Shown: positions 19,061 through 28,985 of the stretch, in pieces
Layout: each line of letters begins with the position of its first letter
How positions within the stretch are numbered: the first letter of the stretch is position 1
NCBI GenBank assembly: GCA_021819825.1
Contig: JAKAEZ010000011.1
Location: 6,209-70,208 of the forward strand
Direction: 5' to 3'
Origin: Planctomycetota bacterium
GTDB taxonomy: Bacteria; Planctomycetota; Phycisphaerae; WQYP01
Length of the DNA stretch: 64,000 nt
Translations under genes and position numbers: made by a program
The notes under the pieces: generated by a model
Seen by the model: only the letters and a program-made list of their open reading frames with translations
What the model was told of the DNA's origin: nothing
Database searches by the model: none

Positions 19061-19845
19061 GCGTCCTGTTCCTCCGGGCTTACGGATGCGGATAAAGGCT
19101 TTTTGCCGCCGTAGCGCAGGCGCAAATCGTAAATTCCCCCCACGCCTGATTGGCGCATTAACAGCGTGGTAAAACCATCGCCCGATCTTAAGACGGCCTT
19201 GGCCCGCAATACATTTTGTTGCTGTTCAAGCGCCGCCGCGAGGCGTTGTGTCCATTGAGCCGCCGTTTTCTCCCCGTGCCTATCCGGACTAATCGGCGCT
19301 CCAAGGGAAATTAAGGCTTCCGGCAGGCGGTCTTGCCAAAAAATATATTCTATCGCCATCGGTACAAAAGTTATGGGATAAATATCTCTGGCCAGATGTC
19401 CCAAGCCGGGTTTAAGCGCAACGGGTCGAACCAACGAATCCACAAAATCCCCCTGCGGCGTGACCCAGAGAATGGAATTATTCTGTCGCAAAACGCTTCG
19501 GCTGGCCTGCAAAAACTCAGCCGCGCCACGGGCGGTATTTTTATGCACGGGAAAAAAGCCTAACTGGCGCATGATCGGGTATTGCGTGAGGGATTGGGCA
19601 TCTATGGGGCAATAGTGTTTATGCCGTGGATAAAATCGGCACGCTATCACAGCTCCAATCAGTGGGTCCCACCATGAGGGATGATTCAAATAAATAACTG
19701 TTGGTGTGGCTGCGGGGGGAATGGCGCTTTGGGCGTCCAGCCGCACGGCATGAAAGGCTTTGCGTACAAAACGGGGGATGTACCATCGGGCCAGAGCTGC
19801 CACAACAGGGCGGTAGGCGGGGGGCGGTCGCTCTTTCATGGGCAA
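19057..19845 (-). CDS. Lysophospholipid/glycerol-3-phosphate acyltransferase family protein (PlsC-like)
   Basis: It has the HX4D acyltransferase motif NHPSWWDP and downstream VTPQGDF. It lies in an operon with the GT2 gene. Confidence 0.7.
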   Translation of the reverse strand: MPMKERPPPAYRPVVAALARWYIPRFVRKAFHAVRLDAQSAIPPAATPTVIYLNHPSWWDPLIGAVIACRFYPRHKHYCPIDAQSLTQYPIMRQLGFFPVHKNTARGAAEFLQASRSVLRQNNSILWVTPQGDFVDSLVRPVALKPGLGHLARDIYPITFVPMAIEYIFWQDRLPEALISLGAPISPDRHGEKTAAQWTQRLAAALEQQQNVLRAKAVLRSGDGFTTLLMRQSGVGGIYDLRLRYGGKKPLSASVSPEEQDA

Positions 19846-20239
19846 CTCCGCTTAGGCCGCTGATCGCTATGGCCACGCTCCACGCGGCACCCGATGCCAC
19901 AATAAAAAGTCGCCTGATAACGCACATTTGGATTTGCCGGCACCGTCATATTCCAGCTCATGCAAGCCTCCCGGGCATTTATTACCGCCTGTTAGTTTAG
20001 TCGTAATGGTGCCCGAAGTCTTGGACAGCAGGTTTTCCGCCGGAAAATTGTGTTTCTGTTAAAAAGGCCGAATTGTATCCCTGGGGAAAATTACATGCCC
20101 CCGGCAGGTGCGCAGCATTGAGCCGTCCGGCGGGGGGCGTCCGCAGAGTAGCCGGTTAGGCGGCTGTGGATTAGACTTTAGCGAGGTTCAGGGGAAGCAA
20201 CGCCGAACGGGTTTCGGAACGTATGCAATCCCCGTGTGG

Positions 20240-22315
20240 ATGGGTTCGTTGCCGTTAATGATCTATGCTAATACCATTTTGCTGCTGGCCCCCGGCTTTT
20301 TGCTGGCCGGCTTTCTGATCATAGCCGCCCTGGCTCGACGCTCGGCCTCCACCGCGGCTTATATAAGCATTATTTCACTACTGGCGGCCCTGGGGGCGGC
20401 TCTGGCGGCCATTATCCTCCGCCTGGCACACGCCGGCGTACCGGGACAATCGCAGACGCACAGTCTTTCATTTAACTGGTTGCCTCTGCCGCGGGCCATG
20501 GCCATAGGCGGCACGCCGATGATTACACTGGGCATTTCCAGTGGATCGTTGAATCTGGCTTTTTTCATGTTGTTTCTGTTCATTGTGCTGTTGGTTCAGG
20601 TGCACACGCTGGGGATGCTTAAGTATAAATCCATTCTGCCGGATTACTTTGCCCTGGGCAATTTAACCGCATTTTTCCTGGTTCTGGCGGCGTTGTCCAT
20701 CAATGTGGCGCAGATGTATCTGATGCTGGAACTGGCGGTTTATACGGCCTGCTGCATGATGCAGTGGACCCATCGACCGCCTGAGCAGCCCATTTCGCGA
20801 CGTATCCTGCTGCCCCATGTTATTGCCGATGCCTTATTTGTTCTGGGGATTACCATTTTTGCGCTGCATGGAACTTCGCTGGACCATCAGCTTCTCTTTG
20901 GCCATGCATCGACACGGATGGCCGGATTTGTCCCGGGAATCGAACAGCCCATTGCCTCACTGAACCCTTGGTTCCCTGGTTTAACTTGGCGGAGCCTGGG
21001 AGGTGTGTGCCTGGCGGCCGCGGCGTTGGCGAAAGCCGGGCAGTTTCCCCTGCATACCTGGGTGCCCGAAACCATCCCCGCCTTGTCAGAGGCAAACGCC
21101 CTGCTGGCCGGAACACTGATCGCCGGCGGCGGACTTTTGCTTTTGGCGCATTGCGTGGGGCTGCTGAATCTTAACGCCGCGTTAACGGTGACGATGATGG
21201 GTGCTACGACGCAGTTCTGTGGATCATGTATCGCGCTGGTGCAGAAAGATATTAAACGCGCTGTGGCTTGGCTGTTAATTGCTCAGACGGGTCTGAATTT
21301 AGTATTTTTTGGCTCCGGGAATCAGGCGGCGGGTTTGCTGGGCGGGCTGCTGACCGCTCTGATTTATTGTGGACTGTTTCTGGCTGCCGGCACGGTTTTA
21401 CGCGCCAGCGACGGCCAACGCGATATGACCCAACTCGGCGGTGTGTGGAGACGCTTGCCCATCACCGCTATCGTTAGCGGCGTATTGGTATTGGCAGCCG
21501 CTGGTGTGGGCTTGTCAGGAATGACGGAAATTATGCGGCAGGGGCTGCTGCACGTTCACGCCTATGCCTGGGGAATTGGGGAGTTCGGCAAGTGCTTATA
21601 TTGGGTGCCGCTGATGATGTGCTATGTGACGGCCCTGGCCTTGGCGCGCTGGTGGTATCTGATTTTCGCCGGTAAAGCGCGAGGCCAACCCCTGGAAGAG
21701 GGCGAATTGGCGGTGCAGACATTTCCCCTGCTGATTTTGCTGGTGGGGGTCATGATTGCCGGTCAGCCGTTTGTCGATCTTTCCGGTTTATTTGCCCATG
21801 TAATGGGAATGCCGGGGATTCGACATGTGCGTCACATTCCGGCAGGGTTTGATGGAATGTTATTGCGGCCATTGGAATGGCTGGGGCCTGCGGCCTTGGC
21901 GGTAGTGGCATTGGTCTACGCCGGCGGATTGCGGCAGGCCGATGCGTTGCGCCGGCGCGCGGGGCTGAATCTGGTATACCGGTGGCTGGCGGCGGATATG
22001 TATTTCGCGGATCTGTTTGCGGTTCTGGTGGGTCTGCCCGTGCATGTGATTGGAAAGGCGGCGGCGTTTCTGGACCGGTGGGTGGTGGAATGGCTGCTGG
22101 TAACTCTGGCGATTGTGATCCGCCTGGCCAGCATTCTTGTAGCGGCGGCGGAAACTGGATTAAATGTTTCTTTCTGGGAACGCCTGGACCGTCCGGCGGG
22201 GACGGCGGTCGGCCGGCTTAGGTTGCTGAAGCGCGACAGGCCGATGGTGTATGTCGTCTTGGCGCTGGTCATGCTGGGTGTTATCGCGTTGCTTTCGGTA
22301 TGGGTTAGTAAATAA
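20240..22315 (+). CDS. NuoL/MrpA-like proton-antiporter-family membrane subunit (divergent)
   Basis: It has MLELAVYTACC (TM5 Glu context), LAKAGQFPLHTWVPE (TM7 Lys/His context), QKDIKRAVAWLLIAQTG, and a NuoL-type C-terminal extension (YFADLFAVLVG...DRWVVEWLL) ending in a final TM helix. The start is set at ATG 20240. The track ORF starts at 20108. Confidence 0.7.
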   Translation: MGSLPLMIYANTILLLAPGFLLAGFLIIAALARRSASTAAYISIISLLAALGAALAAIILRLAHAGVPGQSQTHSLSFNWLPLPRAMAIGGTPMITLGISSGSLNLAFFMLFLFIVLLVQVHTLGMLKYKSILPDYFALGNLTAFFLVLAALSINVAQMYLMLELAVYTACCMMQWTHRPPEQPISRRILLPHVIADALFVLGITIFALHGTSLDHQLLFGHASTRMAGFVPGIEQPIASLNPWFPGLTWRSLGGVCLAAAALAKAGQFPLHTWVPETIPALSEANALLAGTLIAGGGLLLLAHCVGLLNLNAALTVTMMGATTQFCGSCIALVQKDIKRAVAWLLIAQTGLNLVFFGSGNQAAGLLGGLLTALIYCGLFLAAGTVLRASDGQRDMTQLGGVWRRLPITAIVSGVLVLAAAGVGLSGMTEIMRQGLLHVHAYAWGIGEFGKCLYWVPLMMCYVTALALARWWYLIFAGKARGQPLEEGELAVQTFPLLILLVGVMIAGQPFVDLSGLFAHVMGMPGIRHVRHIPAGFDGMLLRPLEWLGPAALAVVALVYAGGLRQADALRRRAGLNLVYRWLAADMYFADLFAVLVGLPVHVIGKAAAFLDRWVVEWLLVTLAIVIRLASILVAAAETGLNVSFWERLDRPAGTAVGRLRLLKRDRPMVYVVLALVMLGVIALLSVWVSK

Positions 22316-22372
22316 CGCCATCCTCCGCGGATCGAAAATGCGGTTATTTACCGGCAAGTTTGAAAGGTTGAC

Positions 22373-23950
22373 TTGAAACCATTTTTTTACAGTTCGATTC
22401 TGACATGGCTGATGCTCCTGCCGTTAATCGGCTCATTTATACTGGGGATTTTGCCCATCGGCCGTCTGAGGCTGATTCGCTATAGCGCCGTGGCCGTCAG
22501 CGCGGGTAATATGCTCATTGCGCTGGCGGCGGCGCGGCTGTTTAACTGGTCGCCGCGGTTTGCCGACCAAGCGCAGTTGCAGCAAAATGTGATGTGGTTT
22601 CGCGATTTAAATGTACACTATCATGTCGGTGTGGATGGCTTGTCCATGGTGACGGTGCTGCTGATCTGCGGCATAAGCCTGATCGCGATCCTGGCCAGTT
22701 ACGGCGTGAATGCCCAGGTAAAGGCTTATTATGTGGTCATGCTGCTTCTGGAAGGTTGCGTGGTGGGGGCGGCCGCCAGCATGGATTTGTTCCTTTTCTA
22801 TCTGCTTACTACCGTTTCGCTATTTCCCTGCTTCCTGCTCATTGGCGTGTGGGGTGGGGCACGGCGAAGGCCGGCGGCACTGAAAATGGCGCTGTTCTGG
22901 ATTGCCGGCTCGGCGGCAATGCTGGGCGCATGTCTGCTGATAAGTCTTTCAACACGCGGTGTTGCAGGCTTCGGGCAAGGAACTTTAAGCTTTACACGCA
23001 TCGCCCAAGACCCGCAATTGCGACTGGCTTTGGGGCCGGCCAACCCGTGGACAACAGCGGCCTTTTGGCTGCTGATGCTGGCGCTAGGCATTCGGCTGGG
23101 AACTGCGGGCGTACATTTCTGGCTGCCCGACACCGTGGCTGAATCCGCAGCGCCGTCCGCGATGATGATTATTTGCTCGCAATTTCTCCTCGCGGGTTAT
23201 GCGCTGGATCGCTTTGTGGTGGCCCTGTTTCCGATGCAACTGGTGATCTGGCGCAATACCTTGGCCATTATCGGCGCTGCCGGCGTGATTTATGCGGCCC
23301 TTTGCGGCCTGGCGCAAAGTGATTTCCGCCGTGTGATTGCCTATTGGCTGATCGGGCAGGCTGGCTTTGTTCTTCTGGGAGTTGCCGCGGGAAATATAAC
23401 GGGCTTCAATGGGGGCTTTTTGTTAACGCTTGGCGCGTCGGTAACGACGATGGCTATGCTATGGACCAGTCATATTATTGAAGTGCGGGCCAGCCACCGC
23501 GACTTGCCGCGCCTGGGGGGGCTGGCCCAGGTAATACCGGATTTATTTATTTTCTCGATGATTGGCTTTATGTCGGCGCTGGCCTTGCCCGGTCTGGCGG
23601 TGTTCGGCGGCGACCTGCTGACCATACTGGGAATGTTTCGTGCGGCATCCGTTAGCGCAAGACAGCACGTGCTGATGGGTCATGCCCTGTTGCCGGCGGC
23701 GCTGGCGATGTGTATTGCGATGGTGCTTATGGCGGCGGTGCTGTTGTGGACCATTGAGCGGCTGTTTTTTGGGCCGGGGCGTCCGGAGCATCAGCACTTT
23801 CATGCCTTGTCGCTGCGTGAACGACTGGTATTTTTGCCTTTGATCATCGCATTGCTTGCGGGAGGAATTTTGCCTACGCTGCTGGTGCTGGATCCCATTG
23901 CGCCGGTGCTCCAGACACTGGTGCGCGAGCTAAGTGGCGTTCTGCATTAA
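22373..23950 (+). CDS. NuoM/NdhD-like antiporter-family membrane subunit (degenerate motifs)
   Basis: It has VHFWLPDTVAESAAPSAMM, PCFLLIGVWGG and RRVIAYWLIGQAGFVLLG, which match the Proton_antipo_M layout. The start is TTG after gaaagg. Confidence 0.7.
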   Translation: MKPFFYSSILTWLMLLPLIGSFILGILPIGRLRLIRYSAVAVSAGNMLIALAAARLFNWSPRFADQAQLQQNVMWFRDLNVHYHVGVDGLSMVTVLLICGISLIAILASYGVNAQVKAYYVVMLLLEGCVVGAAASMDLFLFYLLTTVSLFPCFLLIGVWGGARRRPAALKMALFWIAGSAAMLGACLLISLSTRGVAGFGQGTLSFTRIAQDPQLRLALGPANPWTTAAFWLLMLALGIRLGTAGVHFWLPDTVAESAAPSAMMIICSQFLLAGYALDRFVVALFPMQLVIWRNTLAIIGAAGVIYAALCGLAQSDFRRVIAYWLIGQAGFVLLGVAAGNITGFNGGFLLTLGASVTTMAMLWTSHIIEVRASHRDLPRLGGLAQVIPDLFIFSMIGFMSALALPGLAVFGGDLLTILGMFRAASVSARQHVLMGHALLPAALAMCIAMVLMAAVLLWTIERLFFGPGRPEHQHFHALSLRERLVFLPLIIALLAGGILPTLLVLDPIAPVLQTLVRELSGVLH

Positions 23951-24083
23951 CCGCGGGAACTGATGGGTAAAAGGGCTGTCACAAACTCGGGGCGTTTAAA
24001 ATGTTTTTATCGGAAATTATTGCACAGGAGAGCCACGCCTGACGTACCACGTTCTTGCCATCTTAGCCCCGCAGATTGTACTG

Positions 24084-25523
24084 TTGCTTACCCTTGGGGT
24101 TCTGGCACTTGCGGCGCTGCTGCCGAGCGGCACGTCGCGCTCGGCCAGTGTCATGGTCTGTTTTACGGGCCTGACGATTGCAACGCTGGCGCAACTGCGG
24201 TTTTATCCTCGAACATTTGGTACGGTGGCATCAAACTATACCTCACACTGGTTGGTGATAGACCCTATGGGATGGATATTTACCAGTGTTATTTTGCTTA
24301 TCGCGACTGCGGCGGTGATGACCTGGCGGCTAATAAGTCCCAGCGGGCAGGGAGATTGGCGATACTGCCTGTTGGTTACCTTAAGCACGCTGGGCTGGAG
24401 CGTGATGCCGGCATTGCATAGTTTGCCGATGATGGCCGGATGTATGCTGCTGGCATCGCTTCCTCTGGCGGTGCCATTTACCTTTGGGACAGGCGGTGAC
24501 AGGACGTTTGCAACGGTGGCGCTGCTGGCCAGTTTGCTGATAATGCTTTTAGCCCTGGCGGCCCTGACACAGGGAGGTTTTGGCCTGCGGATCGGCCAAG
24601 CGCTCATATCCGCATCGCACGGCGCATCAGCATGGGGCGGCGTGCTGGTGGTTTTATTTATTTCACCCATATTATTCTGGGCAGGCAGCCTTCCACTGAT
24701 CTGGTGGTACGGTAGTGCCGCCGGGGATGCGCCCGCGTCGACCGTTTTGTTTTTGCTGCTGGTGCCGGCCATTGGATCCTGCGCGGTCTATCTGCGAATT
24801 ATGCATCGTTTAATTTCCGTCGCGCCCGCGGCCGCCAATGTCGTCACGCTAACGGTGGTTTTTCTGGGCGCTCTGGCCGTTATCGCGTATGGAATTAAGG
24901 CTATGTTTCAAGTCGTGGTTCCGGATATTTTGGGAAATATAGTCGGGATATTCATGGCCTGCACTTTTGTGACTCTGGCCGCGGGGATTTCGTTAAGTCA
25001 TGTGGCCCCTGCGGATTTGGTGGGGTGTGTGCTGTTATACGCCCTTGCCGCGGGGATTACGGTCGGTTCATCCGGGGGAATTATCGGCCGAAAATCGTTG
25101 GGATTAAAACATCAATGGCCTTCATTTACTCGCGTAAAACCCTTGTATTCACTGCTTTTGCTCGTGGCCCTGTTATCGCTTGGCGGCCTTCCGCCGACAC
25201 TGGGAAGCATTGCCCGAGTTGACTTGTTTCTCGCCGTCGGACGCGGCACCGTATTGGGGCTGACAGTATTGGGGATCAACATGCTGGGAATTCTACTGGG
25301 CGGCAGTGCCGTGATGCGCGTTGGAACTTATGCGCTTATGGGGCTGCCGGAAATAGACTCGCCACAAGTAGGTACGGGTAAACGCCGAAAGAAGCGGCAT
25401 TTGACCGCTGGGCTGTTGCTGCTGCTGACGGCGGCCGCGATCTTAAACGCCTTCGCGTTGCCGGCGTACAATCCGATTCAGCAACTGGTGACCGCCTTTG
25501 CTCCGACCTGGGTAGCGCGGTGA
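24084..25523 (+). CDS. NuoN-like antiporter-family membrane subunit (highly degenerate)
   Basis: It is about 14 TM helices long and of NuoN-like length, with LVIDPMGWIFTSVILLIATAAVM and GDAPASTVLFLLL in NuoN-like positions. TTG 24084 is the first canonical start after the in-frame TAA at 23997. Confidence 0.6.
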   Translation: MLTLGVLALAALLPSGTSRSASVMVCFTGLTIATLAQLRFYPRTFGTVASNYTSHWLVIDPMGWIFTSVILLIATAAVMTWRLISPSGQGDWRYCLLVTLSTLGWSVMPALHSLPMMAGCMLLASLPLAVPFTFGTGGDRTFATVALLASLLIMLLALAALTQGGFGLRIGQALISASHGASAWGGVLVVLFISPILFWAGSLPLIWWYGSAAGDAPASTVLFLLLVPAIGSCAVYLRIMHRLISVAPAAANVVTLTVVFLGALAVIAYGIKAMFQVVVPDILGNIVGIFMACTFVTLAAGISLSHVAPADLVGCVLLYALAAGITVGSSGGIIGRKSLGLKHQWPSFTRVKPLYSLLLLVALLSLGGLPPTLGSIARVDLFLAVGRGTVLGLTVLGINMLGILLGGSAVMRVGTYALMGLPEIDSPQVGTGKRRKKRHLTAGLLLLLTAAAILNAFALPAYNPIQQLVTAFAPTWVAR

Positions 25524-25788
25524 ACAAATCGATCGCGGCGCTGGCGTGAAACGCCTCCCCGCCAACTTGCCGGCTTTATTTTTGCGTCAAGGCATTTTCG
25601 TTTTCCGTCAAACGCACAATACGCTCTGGGCATTGTCTACGCTGTGCGGTAATATTTAATCACATGCCGAACGGGCGGTTTTCAAAGCCGGTGGAATATC
25701 GACTTGTCGCACTTGTCCGGCGGTTAAGCGCCGGCAAAATGAGCCGCGGCGATTAACCAAAGTGTGCGCCGTCAATCAGAAGGACCCA

Positions 25789-27612
25789 ATGATGAGCAAA
25801 ACTGAAACTATCGTTGTCAACGCTCCGAAAAACCGGTTGGTGGTACCGAACGCCAAAATTGGTATTCGTCCCGCCATTGATGCGCGGCGCGGGGGAGTGC
25901 GGGAATCCCTGGAAAAGCAGACCATGGAAATGGCGCGAAGCGTGGCGGAGTTATTCACCGCCAATTTGCGTCACGCGGATGGAACGAAAGTGCAATGCGT
26001 CCTGGCGGATACCACGATCGGCTCTATGGCGGAAGCGGCACGCTGTGCGCGAAAATTCGCCGTGCAGGGCGTGGGGGCGTCCATCACCGTCAGCCCCTGC
26101 TGGTGCTATGGTTCAGAAACCATGGATATGGATCCGCTGATTCCCAAGGCGGTGTGGGGATTTAACGGTACCGAACGACCCGGTGCGGTGTATCTGGCGG
26201 CGATCGGAGCGGCCCACAGTCAGAAGGGGCTGCCGGCGTTTAATATTTACGGTCAGGATGTGCAAAGTGCCGACCAGACCGCGATTCCGGATGATGTGCG
26301 GGAAAAATTGCTGCAATTCGCCCGCGCGGCCGTGGCGGTTGCGGATATGCGCGGCAGGTCGTATTGCTCGATTGGTTCTGTGTCGATGGGTATCGCCGGG
26401 TCGGCGGTGGATGCAAGTTTTTTTGAAGCGTATCTGGGCATGCGGGTCATGAATGTGGATATGACCGAACTGGCGCGAAGAATTGACCGCAACATTTTTG
26501 ATACCCGGGAATTCGCGCAAGCTTTGACATGGACGAAAGCCAATTGCGTTGAAGGGCTTGATGCCAACAGCGCCGCAAGCCGACGAAGTAGAGCACAAAA
26601 AAATAAAGAATGGGAACACTGTGTAAAAATGGCGATCATCGTGCGCGACCTGATGGTCGGTAATCCGCAGTTGGCAAAACTCGGGTATGGAGAAGAAGCC
26701 CAGGGGTATAACGCGATTGCCGCCGGTTTTCAGGGGCAACGACAATGGACGGATCATTATCCAAATGGCGATTATCTGGAAACAATTTTGAATTCCTCAT
26801 TTGATTGGAGCGGTATCCGCCAGCCGTACATTGTCGCAACTGAAAATGACGCCCTCAACGGAGCGACCATGCTTTTCGGCCATTTGCTTACCGGATCGGC
26901 CCAGGTATTTGCCGATGTGCGCACGTATTGGAGTCCGCAATCGGTGTTTCAGGCCACCGGGCACGAACTTCAGGACGATGCGGCCGGTGGAATACTGCAT
27001 TTGATTAATAGTGGCTCGGCGGCATTGGATGCAACGGGTTGCCAAACGCACAATTCGCATCCGACCATCAAGCCCTGGTGGCGGATTAAGCCCCACGAGG
27101 CGGCGGCTTGTATTCGTGCGGCTCAATGGTGTCCGGCTATTTATGAATATTTCCGCGGGGGTGGCTTTTCCGTGCGCTATCGTACCCGGGGCGGAATGCC
27201 GGTGACCGCGGCTCGCCTGAATCTTATCAAGGGATTGGGGCCGGCGTTGCAGATCGCGGAAGGCGTGACAATTGATTTGCCATCCAACGTTCATGATATT
27301 CTGGACAAACGTACCAATCCTACATGGCCCACCACCTGGTTTGCGCCGCGCTGCACGGGGCAGGGGGCGTTTCGCGATGTGTATACCGTGATGAACAACT
27401 GGGGGGCTAATCACTGCGCATTAAGCTCGGGGCATATTGGCCATGAGCTGATCACCCTGGCCTCCATGCTGCGCATTCCGGTGTACATGCACAATGTGCC
27501 GGAAGATCGCATTTTTCGTCCATCTGTCTGGACCGCCTTTGGCGCTGCCGAGCCACAAGCCGCGGATTTTGCCGCCTGCCGCAATTTCGGCCCGCTGTAC
27601 GGGAAATATTAA
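25789..27612 (+). CDS. fucI: L-fucose isomerase
   Basis: It is colinear with E. coli FucI nearly end to end: [86 protein letters not shown] near the C-terminus. The start is set at the MMSK ATG. Confidence 0.92.
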   Translation: MMSKTETIVVNAPKNRLVVPNAKIGIRPAIDARRGGVRESLEKQTMEMARSVAELFTANLRHADGTKVQCVLADTTIGSMAEAARCARKFAVQGVGASITVSPCWCYGSETMDMDPLIPKAVWGFNGTERPGAVYLAAIGAAHSQKGLPAFNIYGQDVQSADQTAIPDDVREKLLQFARAAVAVADMRGRSYCSIGSVSMGIAGSAVDASFFEAYLGMRVMNVDMTELARRIDRNIFDTREFAQALTWTKANCVEGLDANSAASRRSRAQKNKEWEHCVKMAIIVRDLMVGNPQLAKLGYGEEAQGYNAIAAGFQGQRQWTDHYPNGDYLETILNSSFDWSGIRQPYIVATENDALNGATMLFGHLLTGSAQVFADVRTYWSPQSVFQATGHELQDDAAGGILHLINSGSAALDATGCQTHNSHPTIKPWWRIKPHEAAACIRAAQWCPAIYEYFRGGGFSVRYRTRGGMPVTAARLNLIKGLGPALQIAEGVTIDLPSNVHDILDKRTNPTWPTTWFAPRCTGQGAFRDVYTVMNNWGANHCALSSGHIGHELITLASMLRIPVYMHNVPEDRIFRPSVWTAFGAAEPQAADFAACRNFGPLYGKY

Positions 27613-27824
27613 TCCGCGCCTTCCGCCGCTCGCCGGATGATCAATCCGCTGAATAATCCCGTGCCGCCAAACGACCATCAGGTTCTCATCACGGTGTTCT
27701 ATGGCACAATGCGACTTCGGTGCCTTCGGCGATATAGTTGCGCGACGGATTAACGGATACAATTGTTACCTTGCCGCGGCGTTGGCTGCGGTTGATTGTG
27801 TTTGCACGGCTGGAAGACAAAAAT

Positions 27825-28913
27825 ATGGCATCGAAGGAAGACGTACTTGAAGCATTGCGGTCGGTTCAGGATCCCGAATTATTTAAGGATATTGTGAGCC
27901 TCAACATGGTAAAGTCGGTTGAGGTGCACGGCACAACGGCCAAAATTGATGTGGAGCTTACCACGCCGGCGTGCCCGCTTAAGGACCGAATTCGCGCGGA
28001 TGTGACGGCGGCGGTAGCGCGGGTGTCGGGCATTACAAAAGTGGATGTTACCCTCAGCAGCCGGGTGCGATCGGGAAGCGATCCGCGGACGATTCTTCCC
28101 GGCGTAAAAAATATTATCGCGGTGGGAGCGGGCAAAGGGGGCGTTGGTAAAAGCACAATTTCAGTGGCCATCGCGGCCGGACTGGCTTTGCGCGGTGCCA
28201 CTGTTGGGCTTATGGATGCCGATGTCTATGGCCCATCGATTCCCACGATGACTGGTTTGGAAGCCCAATCACCGGCGGTGCAGGGTGACAAGATCATCCC
28301 GTTTGTCGTGGGGCCGCACGGGCAGAGCATCAAAGTCATGTCCATTGGGTTTATTGTTCCGCGTGAAAAAGCTCTCATCTGGCGTGGCCCGATGGTGCAC
28401 GGCGTCATCAAGCAGTTTCTTGAGCAGGTGCAATGGGGTGATCTGGATTATCTGGTGGTAGATTTACCGCCGGGCACCGGAGACGTGTCTTTGACTTTGG
28501 CACAGTCTATTCCATTGACCGGCGCGGTGATCGTGGCGACGCCGCAAGAAGTGGCGCTGATGGATGCACGCCGGGCGGTGCGAATGTTTCAGCAACTGGG
28601 CGTCTCGATTCTGGGGGTGGTGGAGAATATGAGTTATTTTGTCTGCGATCATGGAACACAATACGATCTTTTCGGGCGCGGCGGCACGCAACGCATGGCC
28701 CAGGAAATGGGCCTGCCCTTCCTGGGCGAACTGCCTATGGATATCCGCATTCCGCGGCATGGTGATAAGGGAGAACTCTTTGCGGGTTTTAAAGCGGGTT
28801 GTCCTTCCCAGAGCTTCCTTGACAGCATTGTGGAAAACCTCGCCGGCCAGATCAGCGTGCGCAACATGACCCGCCCGGCGGCAAAATCTTTGAAACTCGA
28901 GGTCACCGAGTAA
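27825..28913 (+). CDS. apbC: Mrp/ApbC/NBP35-family Fe-S cluster carrier ATPase with an N-terminal DUF59 domain
   Basis: It has VQDPELFKDIVSLNMV (DUF59), the deviant Walker A GKGGVGKST, and a later CDHG motif. ATG 27825 was chosen within the longer track ORF. Confidence 0.85.
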   Translation: MASKEDVLEALRSVQDPELFKDIVSLNMVKSVEVHGTTAKIDVELTTPACPLKDRIRADVTAAVARVSGITKVDVTLSSRVRSGSDPRTILPGVKNIIAVGAGKGGVGKSTISVAIAAGLALRGATVGLMDADVYGPSIPTMTGLEAQSPAVQGDKIIPFVVGPHGQSIKVMSIGFIVPREKALIWRGPMVHGVIKQFLEQVQWGDLDYLVVDLPPGTGDVSLTLAQSIPLTGAVIVATPQEVALMDARRAVRMFQQLGVSILGVVENMSYFVCDHGTQYDLFGRGGTQRMAQEMGLPFLGELPMDIRIPRHGDKGELFAGFKAGCPSQSFLDSIVENLAGQISVRNMTRPAAKSLKLEVTE

Positions 28914-28985
28914 TCGCGACATACCAGCGGCATTACGTCATTGGCGGCGGGAAACGGTTCGCATACAATTCATGGGTAACGGCCG

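Noticed and set aside
25523-25788. A possible terminator after the NuoN-like gene (ccgccaacttgccggcTTTATTTTT, about 25558-25583) and a CCGGCG/CGCCGG hairpin near 25707-25730.
   Set aside because: The stems are short or imperfect (4-6 bp) and only one is followed by a T-run. This is too weak to call as a feature.
26113-27414. Two minus-strand ORFs of more than 200 aa (26113-26757 and 26797-27414) inside fucI.
   Set aside because: fucI on the plus strand is colinear with E. coli FucI over its full length. These are typical antisense ORFs of GC-rich coding DNA.
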